DNA from: Phoronis australis
Lineage: Eukaryota > Animalia > Phoronida
Direction: 5' to 3'
DNA length: 64,000 bases
Assembly: GCA_002633005.1 (NCBI GenBank)
Contig: NMRA01000105.1
Coordinates: 722,010 to 786,009, forward strand
A program made the translations under genes and the position numbers. Positions 13,250 to 25,310 of the stretch are shown one piece after another (positions within the stretch are counted from its first letter, which is position 1; every line of letters begins with the position of its first letter). The notes below the pieces were generated by a model that saw nothing but the letters and a program-made list of their open reading frames with translations, ran no database searches and had not been told where the DNA came from.

Positions 13250-13570
13250 AATTTCATGAAAATCCGGAGATACAGAGGCCAATGTAAAAATAGAATTGAA
13301 CTATGAGACACAGTGGTAACTGCAAAACAAGTTGTCATGGGTTTGTCACAGCAACCTAGTTTCCAAATTTCTTAAAAAGCTGCCAAGGAACTCTGAAGAT
13401 ACTGAGGTAAACATAAAAAATATAATAGTCACTAGGGGGCACAGCAGCATCTGGATCGGTTCAAAACTGATCATCATCTGTCATCAGCTTCACATCTGTC
13501 AAATCCAATTAAGAACCTCCAAGGGGTTTAAGAATAATAGCAGCGGATGGCAGACGGCACGACAATGATG
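13250..13570 (+). mobile_element. Degenerate Helentron-associated (HINE-like) fragment
   Basis: Shares aaatttcatgaaaatcc...gatac and cactagggggc unit motifs and a cggatggcagacggcacgac-type end with the 36283-37327 element. Confidence 0.5.
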
Positions 13571-13749
13571 ATGACAATATGCACCCACATGTGTATAGTA
13601 TTATGTGGGCTCATAATAAAAACTAGCCATTGTTGACAACAAATACAGGTAAAAATACATGTATACTTTGAACCGGCATGGAAATGTAAAAAAAACTGCA
13701 GGTGGCCTGATGTCATTTGCGCTGCATCAGACGTGCGCAGGCCTCATGG

Positions 13750-14221
13750 CAGGCCTTATGCAGCATATGTCCTAGCACTAATATGGACGCTCTGGCAAGG
13801 ACGCCCAATGTATCATTTGGACGCCCACTGTCAATAGGAACCTTTCAAGTTTGGACACACAGTCACATTGTAAATATTACTAGGAAGCCTCTGAAGGCTC
13901 AGTGGGGGCTATTTTTCTCAAAGCAGGAAGAAATATACAATGTATATACAAATTATATACAATGTTGCTATGCTCACACTTGTTTGATAGCATTGTAAAA
14001 GTCTTGGTCTACACCAATTTTTTATTAAAAATGCTCACTACAGAAGGCTGTTTTGTAAACTTAGATATAAAAACCTTGGTCTATGCATTTTTTGTAAAAA
14101 AATCTGTGTGTTTGGGGGGATTGCTGGGGGTGGGGGGTTACACGCCGGAATTATGGATGCCCTGGAATATTGGGAACCCCATTTTGGACACCCTATTTTC
14201 GAAATCCTGGATAAAAGCCTG
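13750..14221. mobile_element. hAT-type MITE with 8-bp TSD
   Basis: Imperfect TIRs CAGGCCTTATGCAG / CTGGATAAAAGCCTG. Perfect TSD CCTCATGG at 13742-13749 and 14222-14229. Internal repeated ggacgccc motifs. Confidence 0.85.
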
Positions 14222-14714
14222 CCTCATGGCTGGGCCCACTGCACAAAACACCTGTAAAAAAGCACAAGAGCCCCATTACGGTTCTTTGTGAAGGAAATGT
14301 AGTGTGTGGAAATGTAAATGACAAACATTTTAAGTCTGGTCAGTGCATGCCACCTGTTGGCCACATCACATAATTAAGTCACATGTTTGTGAACTACTGC
14401 CAAAGTTACATGACTGTTCTCGGTATACTGACAAGCCTCCTGATTTTGGTAATTGGGTCAACTTTGTAAAGGCCGCTATGAACGATGTCTTGCATTAAAA
14501 ATATTGACTTTCTTCACAAGCGTATTTGCTCTTCCTCAGCCAGAAGTATGTTAATTAATTAAACAACTTTGCCATCAAAAACTTACCACAATTAATTATT
14601 AGTGCAATCGAGGCTTAATGTGAATGTAGTCACGTAGGTCTCAACATGCCATATTCACCGTCACAGAAATGACTGCAGTTATACAAATTTCTAAACTAAG
14701 CAAAATTGTATGCA

Positions 14715-14959
14715 GCATCTGAGCAAATGTAATGCAACAGGACCGTCTTGGACTTACACGGTGATAGAACTCTCCTTTGTACCAGAGATAAGAAAGCACG
14801 TGACCTCGTTTTGGGAATCAGGCACATTTTCATGTCTCTCATTCATGTCCGGAAGGCGAAGAATTTGAAATCATGCATCCATGGGTATTTGTCCAGTTTA
14901 TCGGAATTTCTTACGTTAGAGTTGCACCCCACAGCACAGCAGTAATACTTCGTTGGCAT
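14715..14959 (-). pseudogene. Decayed THAP-domain coding relic (probably from a DNA transposon)
   Basis: MPTKYYCCAVGCNSN...FKFFAF, then after a stop and frameshift RAFLSLVQRR...HYICS. Matches the THAP C-x2-4-C ... F-x-F-P ... ICS-x-HF layout, but the conserved W and H are lost. Confidence 0.6.
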
Positions 14960-17199
14960 TGGAAAGACGAATAAAGAAATGCAACCAAGAAAAATTGGCA
15001 AAGAATCAGACAACAACAAATAACATGTGAAACTCCAATGGCACAAAAACAAGGCAGCAAATATGCCAGACAGATGTTTACAGCATTATGGGTAGATACA
15101 TGAGTGTCTGTGTAACCTGGGACGTCCCTATTGCACATGAGTGATATTGTATGACATCAACCTGAGATTCTGTCAACTTCAAAATTTGAGTAGTTATAAG
15201 AACCTGACTTGGGATTCTGCTCAGGTAGAAGATGGCTCATCATTTTGCAAATACAATTTCCTTCTCTCACAAATCACAGATTTTGTCTCATTAACAGCAT
15301 TCTTACTACTCATAAGTACAAAATGCAGTGGGTTACAACAAAAATATTTGTATGGTTCATGAGTAAGGATGGCTGTCCTGAAAATGCCTTCTATGTCCAG
15401 ATTTCAAATTTCTTTTCTACTGTTTACCCCATTGGGTTCAAACAATGCGTTTTATTCTAGAATCGATAAAATAGTTAATAAATCAAAGTCCAATTTATTA
15501 CGTACGAAATGAGTCAATTTAGCTCACATAAAAGGGGATTAATGACCATTTGTTTTTTGATGCACCTGAAAATTGACGATAAGGGGATATATTCTCACTT
15601 AAGCATATCAAAAATTAAAACAGAGAGTCAACAAACGGAAGAAGACGAAGAACATTCCACGAGTGCTTTCACCAGGCAACTTTTCTGTTATGGCTAATTA
15701 AAGTGATTCTAATTCATTAATTATACAACATATGTACCGTGTAGCCAGAAAAAAGATTTGGCAGAACCACCTCTCTGTCCTTGTACCTTGTGGAAACTTG
15801 TTTACTTTGTATTCTAAGTCAAAGGTTACAGAGCAGTCACTCGAATTGATTCTCCGGCTTGGCTTATACGGCATCCCACAATTCATAGTCCTTTCATTCA
15901 CCGAGATGCCATAAGATTGAGTTAACGAGGTGTACATAGCATGGGAAGATGGCACAGAAAACAAAGGCAAAATATATCTTTGATTGTGACTTGAGTTTCA
16001 CATCTGCGTACATACGACCATTGATAACGTTATGACGAATGCAACGAGTCACTGCACGGAATCAGGCATACCACAAACACTGCAAGTTGTGAAAAAAGAT
16101 AAATCATCACCCAAAATCGTTCTCATTTCACTGCTGTTTCGATCTTGTGCTTACAGTATGCTTTAACCACAGATACTTGATATCTATTCTACATTTTGTG
16201 GTTGGTTTCGTGCAGACTCCTCAGCGCTTGCTTCGGTACATGTTGTGTACTTAGTACTGTTGCCAACCAACTTCACAAAAATAGAGATAATTAAGTAACT
16301 TAACTACGCATTGCCAATTCAGTTGACATCATGAGTGAATGAACATCAGTTTTTGAAAACGGCTCGGTAAATTTCACTGAAACTTTCCAGCTTTAAAGCC
16401 TAACTTCAACGTAATTTTGTTATTTTAGATGTATTGGTCTAACCAGATAGTCCCAGCAAAGCCTTAGTAAAATAAGAAAATGCGAGTTCAATCACGCACA
16501 TGTAAAACCGTCAAATGATAACTGATAAATGATAAGCTGCCTTTTCGTGCCATGTTGCGTCACCGTGAGATCCCACCACAAACGACAAAAGGCCGATAAC
16601 AGTTGTATTGAATAGGGAATAGGATTGAACACCATTGCGTGCAGGCGTTATTCGCAGCTGTTTGAATTAAAAGGTGATTCTCGAGATGAAGTAGACAAAA
16701 GCAAGCCAATATGCTTAACAGTTCATTACATTTGGCTATTTATGGCACTAGTGGGTTCAGAGCAATGCTCTTAACATACTGTAGGAAAAAAAGTTACAGG
16801 TTTTACCATTCAAGATAGGCTTTATTCATCAACCTCAAAAACACTGTTAGGACTGTGTGTACAGTAAGAGAGACGAATACAACTGCTATTTTTGTAAAAA
16901 ATACCTTATGTTTTGAGAGTTAATTTGGCATAGAAACAAAACTAAATGAATAACTGTAAATTCTTAACGTCATTTCTGAGGTAAATTGTGAAGTTATCAT
17001 TTAAAAGGGGTTTCATTAAAATCGATCACAGGGATATTCTGCTATCAATGCATCTTCCTTAAAAATGAACTTTTTACTTAAAAAGTTAAAAACATTAATA
17101 ATAATGGCACATAAATATAAAATATATTTTTATAATCTCTGATCTTTTTTTCTTTCAGAAGATGCATACTTTTATTGGTTGACATAGCCTGGTTTTTAT

Positions 17200-17371
17200 A
17201 CATATGGGTAAAAAAAATGACGGATTTAAACTGGCTTGACAGGTTTCGGTGTTTATTAAAGCATCATCATCAGAAGAAAAAAAGCAGTGGCCACCTTGTT
17301 AGGCCCAACAACTGGTAATGATACACAGACAGTCAGTTACAGAGGAGTAACAATAGACTAGACTAGACTAA
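17200..17371 (-). mobile_element. Penelope-like element 3' end (pLTR) with decayed hammerhead at 17235-17276
   Basis: Minus strand ctt-CTGATGA-tgatgctttaataaacacc-GAAA-cct-GTC-aag. Directly continues the GIY-YIG ORF once the Harbinger is removed. Confidence 0.7.
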
Positions 17372-17562
17372 AGGCCCTTTTATATTGGCTTAACTCCGGT
17401 CTGAACGGAGCGTCGACGTAAACATCGCAGTTAACTGGACCGTTCATACTGACTTCAGTAGCTAATGGGCATTGAAGTTAACGGCAGGTGACGCTGTCGT
17501 CATCGAAGTTATCACAAGGTAGCGCTCTTGTACATAAGATGACCTTCACCTTATCTCCTAGT

Positions 17563-19840
17563 ATGGACGTCAAGTCAATTTCCACTATTTGTAAGACATT
17601 GTTCACGTTATTAGTTCGTTATCTGACCCTCTTACGAAGACGCCAGCGTCGCCGATCACAGTGGTTGAATTTCAGTGAACATGAAAATAACTTCGAAGAT
17701 GTTACGTATCCGTTGCATCACTGAAGGTTAAACCGTCGCCGGCGTTTAGCTGCGGCTGCAGGCTTGGTCGAGCTACAGTACCAAGTGTCGTATGTGAGGT
17801 ACGTTTACTTAAAACATATTTTACTGTCCATTCATTAATCTTATTAACCGTCAGGTTAGAGTGCGCTTTTCAACAGATTCGTTAGATTGTCCATTGCAAA
17901 GAAATAAAACCATACCTTTACAGAATTACTATATCTTGTCACAAATGGCCTTATGTTCCGACTGATCTCTAAAAAATACTAGTAAACCCTCACTCAGAGA
18001 ACCTAAATATCGGACAGCATGTTCCCTACACGCCACACTGCAGTGACCATGCCATGGTTGCGGGCATCTGCTCGCCAAATTGTTGCTTGTGTAACACAGC
18101 TCTATTCGCAGTGAAATTATCCATAAAACGTAATCTGATGACAACATTTCGATGAACTAGTGCAGACGAGTAGAGGGCGTGCAATCTGACTACAGGTTTT
18201 AGCATCTTGTTGCCTTCTTGATATGACACATACATGCGTGCGGCTGGGGTTTGACTTGACTTAAAAAATGAATCTGGCTGATCAAGTGCTGTGTTGGTCT
18301 GGATTTTGAATATGTGGCAGTGTGGCACCTCCCTACACAATAGGTGGAAGAGAGCAACTGCTGGTACTTCTCGTTGTCATTTGGAATGACCTTAACATAA
18401 AGTTTTGTATTTCTTTTGCAGCATTAATGTTCGATAAGGAATATGTGAGACAAAGACAACGAAGTTCTCATTTTTGTAAAGAAAACATAATGATTTGCTG
18501 TTAGTGAATTAAATAAATAATGGCATAATGTCTTTTGTTGAACCATTAGGGCCACTCCTAGAAGACAGTCATGGTACAACGGTTTATGGCAAACTGCAGA
18601 TGATGATGAATGGAAGAGACATTTCAGAATGTCAAGTGCTACGTTTCTAAGCATCACTGAAGCCCTGCAACCTTATCTAGATAAACAGACAACCAATTTT
18701 CGTATTGTAAGTTTAATGGGACATTTTCTGAATTATGTGTTGAAATATCACAACAAAAAGTGACAGACTACTATGCTCGAAGGGTAGTGTTTCGTCGTCT
18801 GGTCACTCACTTTGGTTTCAAAACTATTGAATTTGTTCATAACATTATTTGAAAACATTTTGTCGGATTTGCAAAAGTTTTGAATCATGCATTGTTGGTT
18901 GCGCAACGATTTACACACCAAATTATATCAACCTTATTTCATACTAAGTAACTAACATTTGTCTTTCAGCCTATCAGTGTTGAAAAAAGGGTAGCTGTAG
19001 CTATCTTCAAGCTTGCTTCTGGGTGCTCATATTGGATAGGTCAAGAACTGTTTGGCGTTGGGTTGTCAACATCGTGCAACTTGTTGTACAGCTTGGCTGT
19101 TGCCTTAACGCAGGTACTGGGTCCTGTGTACCTGAGGCGTCCGAGTCATGAGATAGCCCAAGGATTCAGAGACTTGTGAGGTTTCCCACAGTGCATCGGC
19201 GCTATTGATGGGACCCAAATTCCTATTGTGGCACCACGTGAGAATCGTACGGATTATTACAATCGCAAATCATGTTATGCTGTTGTCATGCAGGCATTGT
19301 GATCATCGTTATCCGTTTTATGACATTGAAGCTGGATGGCCTGGAAAGGTGCATGACGCTAGAGTTCTGCGAAACTCGCGGATTTTTGAGGCTGAAGAAG
19401 CAGGTACCCTACTTCCTGTGCACATGGAAAGACTTAATGGAACACCAGTTGGTTTGTTTATCATTGGAAATCCTGCTTACCCACTCCTCCCATGGTTGAT
19501 GAAGGGCTACACTCGTCCTAACGATTGTGCTGGGAACAATTTCAACTTTCGGCTGAGCAGTGCAAGAATGTGCATTGAAAATGCTTTTGGCACATTAAAG
19601 ATGAGGTGGAGATGTCTTTACAAGACATTAGAACACGGTGTTAGTGCCGTGCCAACTGTTGTTCAAGGATGTGTGATATTACACAACATCTGTGAAACAC
19701 ATGGTGAGCAAGATGTTCCTCAGCAGCCGGACAACAACCAAGTCAATCCACCTGTCCATCCCCAATAAGTATTCAACAGAAATGGCATTGCCAAGCGTCA
19801 ACGTGATGCATTATGTGCTCATTTCTTCCAGCATCCATAA
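17563..19840 (+). pseudogene. Harbinger DDE transposase (HARBI1-like), spliced, inactivated
   Basis: Exon 18550-18706 (WKRHFRMSSATF), GT-AG intron, then exon from 18970: PISVEKRVAVAIFKLASG...GFPQCIGAIDGTQIPI...YYNRKS...AGWPGKVHDARVLRNS...GNPAYPL...ENAFGTLKMRWRCL...CVILHNIC. In-frame TGA before GFPQ, frameshift near 19298, and GD of the GD-x-AYPL motif changed to GN. The 5' exon from 17563 is tentative. Confidence 0.9.
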
Positions 19841-20106
19841 TTTTGGCCTTTCATATTAGTCTTGGGCACCAATCTTGATTTTTATGCACCCACATATACC
19901 TGTATAAGTGTGATTATTGATGTCATCTCAGTATGAGCATCCTACTTATTCTGCACTATATAATGGCCATTTGCGCAACGTTTGAACCTTGTATAATTTA
20001 TCTGAATGTTGTCTCGATAGTCAGTCAAGACTTACATGGTGAAACCATTGTCCGGCGCTTACTCTTTTTTTTAATCAAATTATTTTCGGTAATTTCTATT
20101 GAACTA

Positions 20107-20363
20107 CCGTAAACTCGCGGGTCAACACCCATCCCCGACTTTTGATCAATTTTCCGTTTAAGCGTTCACTGCTCGAGTAATCGCCCATCCTATATTCTGT
20201 GCAAATTTCCCCTAAGCGTCCATCTCTTGGGTAATCGTCAATACCCGACTTTTAGCCAATTGTTCATTTTAAGCACCCACTGCTTGGGTAATCGCCCAAC
20301 CACCTGCCGAATGTTTTCCCCAATTTAAGCGTCAAGGGCATTAACCGTCCCGCAAGTTTACAG
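20107..20363. mobile_element. TA-flanked CCGTA-ended MITE nested in the Harbinger
   Basis: TA|CCGTAAACTCGCGGG ... CCCGCAAGTTTACAG, with ~60-bp internal tandem units containing gggtaatcgccca/ttaagcg. Confidence 0.65.
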
Positions 20364-20869
20364 TTATTATTAGACAAACTCAATTGTCTATAATCCTATG
20401 CTGTGGTAATCAATGGCTAATGTAGTTTTTTAACCATAGTTTACACTTGAGTATTCCAACTTTAAGGCAAAAATTTCAGAGTCTGAACATGAAACATAGA
20501 GATTTTATGAGCTCAAATCTATCGAATCTAGGGGCCATCAAGTTCCAAACTGGTGCTATAAATTCACACAAAAACCATAACGTGGTCAAGCACAGAATAA
20601 AAGAGACTTGCCTTGAGTACAAAGATTAAACCCTGGCCTGTGGTCTTGAAACATTTAATGTTGAGTTGCTGTTGAAGTTGAATCATCCATACCTGCATTT
20701 CCCTGACAAGCCTGGATGCACTTGTGCTGGAGAGAGATCACAACAGTACAGCTTATACGGATTCAAAATATTATATATTAACAAATCTTATTACACATAT
20801 ACTGGTGGAAGAGATGTTGCGTAACAAACGTACATGTTAAAAGAATATTTATATAATGAGGAGCTATAA

Positions 20870-20873
<4 letters not shown>

Positions 20874-20905
<32 letters not shown>
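20874..20905. repeat. (TG)n microsatellite
   Basis: Direct inspection. Confidence 0.95.
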
Positions 20906-20907
<2 letters not shown>

Positions 20908-21098
20908 CTTAAAAGCAAAACATTTATATACAGACGAGTTATAAATACGTTAAAAACTATGACTGTTGCATGGATGGACTATAAATATACATGTTAACAA
21001 GCACTTACAGATGTTTCTTTACTACTTCACTACTATTATACTACTACACTACTTTTAAATATTCTGATGGACACTACTTTTATTTACATATGAAATTT

Positions 21099-22778
21099 CT
21101 ACCATTGGTATTTTGCATGAACTGTGGATATGACTGCGAATGAGTATGCTGGTATGAAGGTTGTGGCTGTTGTGGATGTTGATGTGGTTGTGGATGAGGA
21201 TGAATGACACTTTGCATGGTCTGGACCATTTATCCCATCACGGCCATGAGGCTGGTCATCTGGGCAGCCTCCTGCTGCTGTTGTTGCTGCAAGAGGGTGC
21301 TTTGTTCCCTCATGCAAGCTCGTTGTGCCTCATGCCACTCATCTTGAGCTTTCAGACTCTGTTGCATCGCCTCGCGTAGAGAGGCAGCCTCTCTGTCGTC
21401 TTGTTTCAAAATCTTCAACCATGCCGGAGCCTCGCTTGCATGCCGCTTCCGCTTGCTTGCGCCTGGCATGACAAGCCTGGAGGATGAAGCACATCCATGT
21501 GTGGTCAGACTGCTGCTTCTGCTGGTGGAAGCCTCACTTGGTGTGTCACACCTGGCATCTTCATCCTCTGCATTGTCCTCACCTAAAATAGAAATGTAAT
21601 TGTGATTAACATGATTAGCTACCAGTGTAATTGAACTTAAACGTCGCTTAGGGTATGTTTTATGTTTTGAAATAAAACAATTTAAAAACATGGCTCATAA
21701 CTTTAAGCATGGCTCAAAGCTTTTCAAAAATGGAACTGGGTATATTTTAATATCATGTCGAGGCAAACATTTGACAGCACCACAAAGGGGTGCAGCATTG
21801 TATTCAGCAAGTCACTTCTTAACCAGTAACCATTTTCACTTACCACCATCATCAAGGAGGCTGTCTTTCTCACTATCGCCATCTTCAGCTTAAATATCGG
21901 GGTCATTCCTTTGAGAATCTGAAAAATGGAATATGGATAACGAATCGAAGAAATAATTATAAATACAATAAAAATAGCTTTGCCGAATCATTAACCTCAG
22001 CCCTTGTGACATGCGTTGAAGGTTAATAATATACCATTTTTTCTTAATCTTTATTTTTTGAGAGCTTCAACACAAAGTCAATAAATAGAATTCCTCTGAT
22101 CAGCCATGCAAATTGTGGATAAGTGAGCTGAATAATACAGCTCTGACACAGACTATGCAGGGGTGGATTCAGGATTTTTTAAAAGCGAGTCGGATCAAGA
22201 ATTTTTTAAAAAGCGAGATCAAAGACAACACTGAAATCCAGTAAAGGGCGGGGAGGGGGGGTTGTGCGGACCCCCTTGACCACCCCTGGATTCGCCTACT
22301 GAAGTATGCTATAAATAGATAGTCTTTCATATAAAAATCAAATTTAATTAATGTTTTTACTCTAATAATGCTAGGTTGTTTGGAATCGAATATCACTTAC
22401 CGACAGACCTAACCAAGTTGTCTGGGTTAGACAGAGGTCTGGTCCCCAGAAAAGAATCTATGCCGTTGAAGTGGCAGCCGATTTGCTTCGCAACGTCTGC
22501 GGACGCACCACTCTTCTTTTTCGCGTCACTCGCCTTCATGTATAGTTGCCTCAGGCGTTTGCTTTTAACTCTGACTTGCTCAGTGGTTCGCCGGGGGAAC
22601 CCCATTTCAGCCATCTTATCCAAGATGATGTTATACGCTCTGCCGTTTTTTTCTTTGCCGTCCAGAATGGCGAGGATGGAACCTCATCCCAGGCTGCTAC
22701 TAGGACTTCTACTTCTTGCAGCAACCAACGACTGCCACATTGCATGGATGACGAACATGATTTCGAGAGTTTATTCAT
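21099..22778 (-). pseudogene. Harbinger Myb/SANT-like (trihelix, MSANTD-type) DNA-binding protein, 3 exons, frameshifted
   Basis: Exon 22401-22778 RWLLQEVEVLVAAWDE [frameshift] ILAILDGKEKNGRAYNIILDKMAEMGFPRRTTEQVRVKSKRLRQLY...FNGIDSFLGTRP. Acidic exon 21844-21918. Exon from 21582 down with KRKR and a Gln-rich coiled-coil-like tail. GT-AG junctions seen. Confidence 0.85.
22158..22301. mobile_element. Small CAGGGGTGGAT-ended MITE in intron 1 of the Myb gene
   Basis: TIR-like CAGGGGTGGATTCAGG / CCTGGATTCGCCTACTG. TSD not clearly preserved. Confidence 0.65.
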
Positions 22779-23213
22779 TTTAAAGAAGCCAATATCCAAT
22801 AAACACTCACACGTTGAATACTGAGAAATGGCGGTAAAATTTCGTTCCGTGTGCGTTATGATTTTTATTTTTTTTCTAGTGAAAACTTGAGTACTTCAAC
22901 AATTAGGCTATGTGTGATAATTGACATAAAACTTTCTTCTTACTTCACTAGTGATTACTTGACGAAATTATTAGGAAGTATTTACGACGACTGCCCTTTG
23001 CTAACGATTGCATTGCCGTCTCGCGATAACTTCGATTGGACCGGAATTAAGCGTTCACTCTGCACCGCAGCGTCGACACTGCGGTCTTAAATCCACCTGT
23101 TAACTGTGATGTTAATTAGAGCTGTTAACTGCAATCCAGGACCGGAGTTAAGCGTTCATACTGACCGCAACTCCCTAACCCATCGACTTGTCGACGTTAG
23201 TATGAAAGGCCCT

Positions 23214-23700
23214 TAACAATGACAACCGGTGGTGTGCCAGTTGCCTATTTAGACTGGGCTTGCACCAATTGATGTGTAGAGCCTCAGTAATTTTCAGCTC
23301 GTTTGTTGTTTCTGCTTGGTCTATTATAGTAAAGTCATTGAAAGAGCATTGCTCATAACAATGATTGGAACTCTGCAGAAGAATATTAATACGCGAACTT
23401 CTGTCAGAATTTAGATGTTCCCTGGTCCAGGTTTTCAAATGCCAAATAGTTTCGCCAATATAACTGGAACCACATCCAGCACACTAAATTTGTGCACTAC
23501 CCTGGACCATAGACCCATAGGAATTTTGTCCTTAGGTTTAAATAAATTAGACAGTTTTAGAGACTTGAATGTTAATACAACTCTTAAGTTAACACAGTTA
23601 ATGTAATAATTCACCAATTTGTTTAAATCCGTTGTTGTCTTTATTAACATAAGCTGCTACTTCCTATCATGGAGAACATATGAGTCAGAATATAAGTTAC
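23214..23700 (-). pseudogene. Penelope-like element, 5'-truncated GIY-YIG endonuclease region
   Basis: KLSNLFKPKDKIP...VVHKFS [frameshift] SSYIGET...LKTWTREHL...FTIIDQAETTNELKITEALHINWCKPSLNRQ, the characteristic PLE endonuclease C-terminus. Confidence 0.88.
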
Positions 23701-25139
23701 TAAATAAGGTTTGAGAAAATCTTAAGCTGATTACCCTTGATTGTACTTTAATCTGACAGTGTTAAATAAAGAGGTGCCTGAAGAATTAAGACGTTTGATT
23801 TCCGTTTTCACCCTTTTTGTGGACGGAAACAGAGCCAACATTTGGATTCCTCATAAAAATTTGAGAGTAGAGCTTTTGCATGACAAAATCGCCCAAGTTT
23901 TGTGGGAGTTAGCTGTAATTCATATCAGTTGATTTGATTGTCTATCCAACGATCAGACATTTGTTTTATTACTGACACCAGAAGACTGGTCAAAGGCCAA
24001 TTATGAACAGTGATAACAGCATGTCCATAGTCACCATACTCCCTGAAGTGCCTATGTTCACTTCAAAATCAAAATAGCGTCATCAGATAGGTATCTTCCG
24101 CTAAGTAACTGCATCTTTCAAAAAACTCAATGACGCACCATTTCAGTTAAAGTCGAGTGTCTTTTTTGAAACATACAATCAAAAAACTTGCATCACATCA
24201 ATTCTAAAAACAATCATAGACCTCAACTGCATTTTTGCTTTTTCTAACCGCCATGGGTGTTTTTTGGACTATTTTTAGACTAGATGCTGGCATATTCTAT
24301 GATTTTTCTATTTATCTAAAAGGTTTAGTGGAGTCTAATTTGCTAAGCGATATTTTTGCAAGCAATTGCAGCACATCACTGACTAAAGTAAGACTTGCAA
24401 TGACAAAGAGCTGTCCATGCTGTTTGTTTAATCGAACAATTATAGGGGATTTCCGCAAGAGCCCCACCGATATAAAGCCCACATGGGGGCTTTATTGGAA
24501 TCGTTTTGCATGCCTAGCAAAGGACAAATGTATTTGGAGAATGGGAATATGTCATTAGTTTCTCAATTAGGGTGATGAGGTTTCATACCACACCAAAGTT
24601 CGAAGAAGTAAAAATTGTTCGAGAAATTTTCGCGTAAAAGTAACACGATGTCTTGGAATTCGTAAGCCAAGGGTTACATGCAATTTACATTAAGTACTTG
24701 ATCTAAAAATAGTCATTTTTATTCTATAATCCATGATAAAAAAGTATACGAAAATTAAGAATTGGGTAGTAACAAATCACCAACAGACTTCCCTAATCTA
24801 ATATGTACACATTATCTTACAACACTTGCAAAGCTCCCTACTGAATGGGGCTGCTGTGGTCCGCTACGTAAGTTTTCGAAAGTGCCCCACCTTTTTTATG
24901 AAACAGTGCCCTAGGTCCTTTTTCTAGATGCAAAATCACTTCGATCTGAAAAAATGGGGGTTTCCTGGTATGTGTATGCATAACTAACACACACACGCAC
25001 GCACGCGCGGACACACACACACATGTATCAAATGATCACAGTAAAAAACTTAAATATATCTGCTTTTAATACAAACCACTCAGCACATACCATAATTTAA
25101 AGCAGCATTTTGACCTGCTGAGGAGTATCAAACTGAAAA

Positions 25140-25310
25140 CTGAATTGCGTATTTTACTCTCACGAAATTGGTCATGTAATTTTCCATACCTTGATAGTAT
25201 TCTATTTCCGTTACCGAATCCTTCAGAGTTTGGTAGCGGAAATAGAATCCAATCACAGTAAGGAATATTGTGAGACCAATTTAATGAGAACAAAAGGTCT
25301 AATTTAATTT
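25140..25310. repeat. Long imperfect palindrome (fold-back element)
   Basis: Core attctatttccgttaccgaa / ttggtagcggaaatagaat around 25225. Pairing extends to aaattggtc / gaccaattt. Confidence 0.7.

Larger units (their letters stand above)
17372..23213. mobile_element. PIF/Harbinger DNA transposon, full length but decayed
   Basis: TAA TSD at 17369-17371 and 23214-23216. TIRs AGGCCCTTTTATATTG vs AGGGCCTTTCATACTA (12/16). Inverted subterminal GCTTAACTCCGGTC motif. Convergent transposase and Myb/SANT genes. Confidence 0.93.

Noticed and set aside
19205-19768. Intact 187-aa HARBI1 host gene
   Set aside because: The N-terminus is an out-of-frame artefact. The true frame has a stop and frameshift and lies inside TIR/TSD-bounded DNA.
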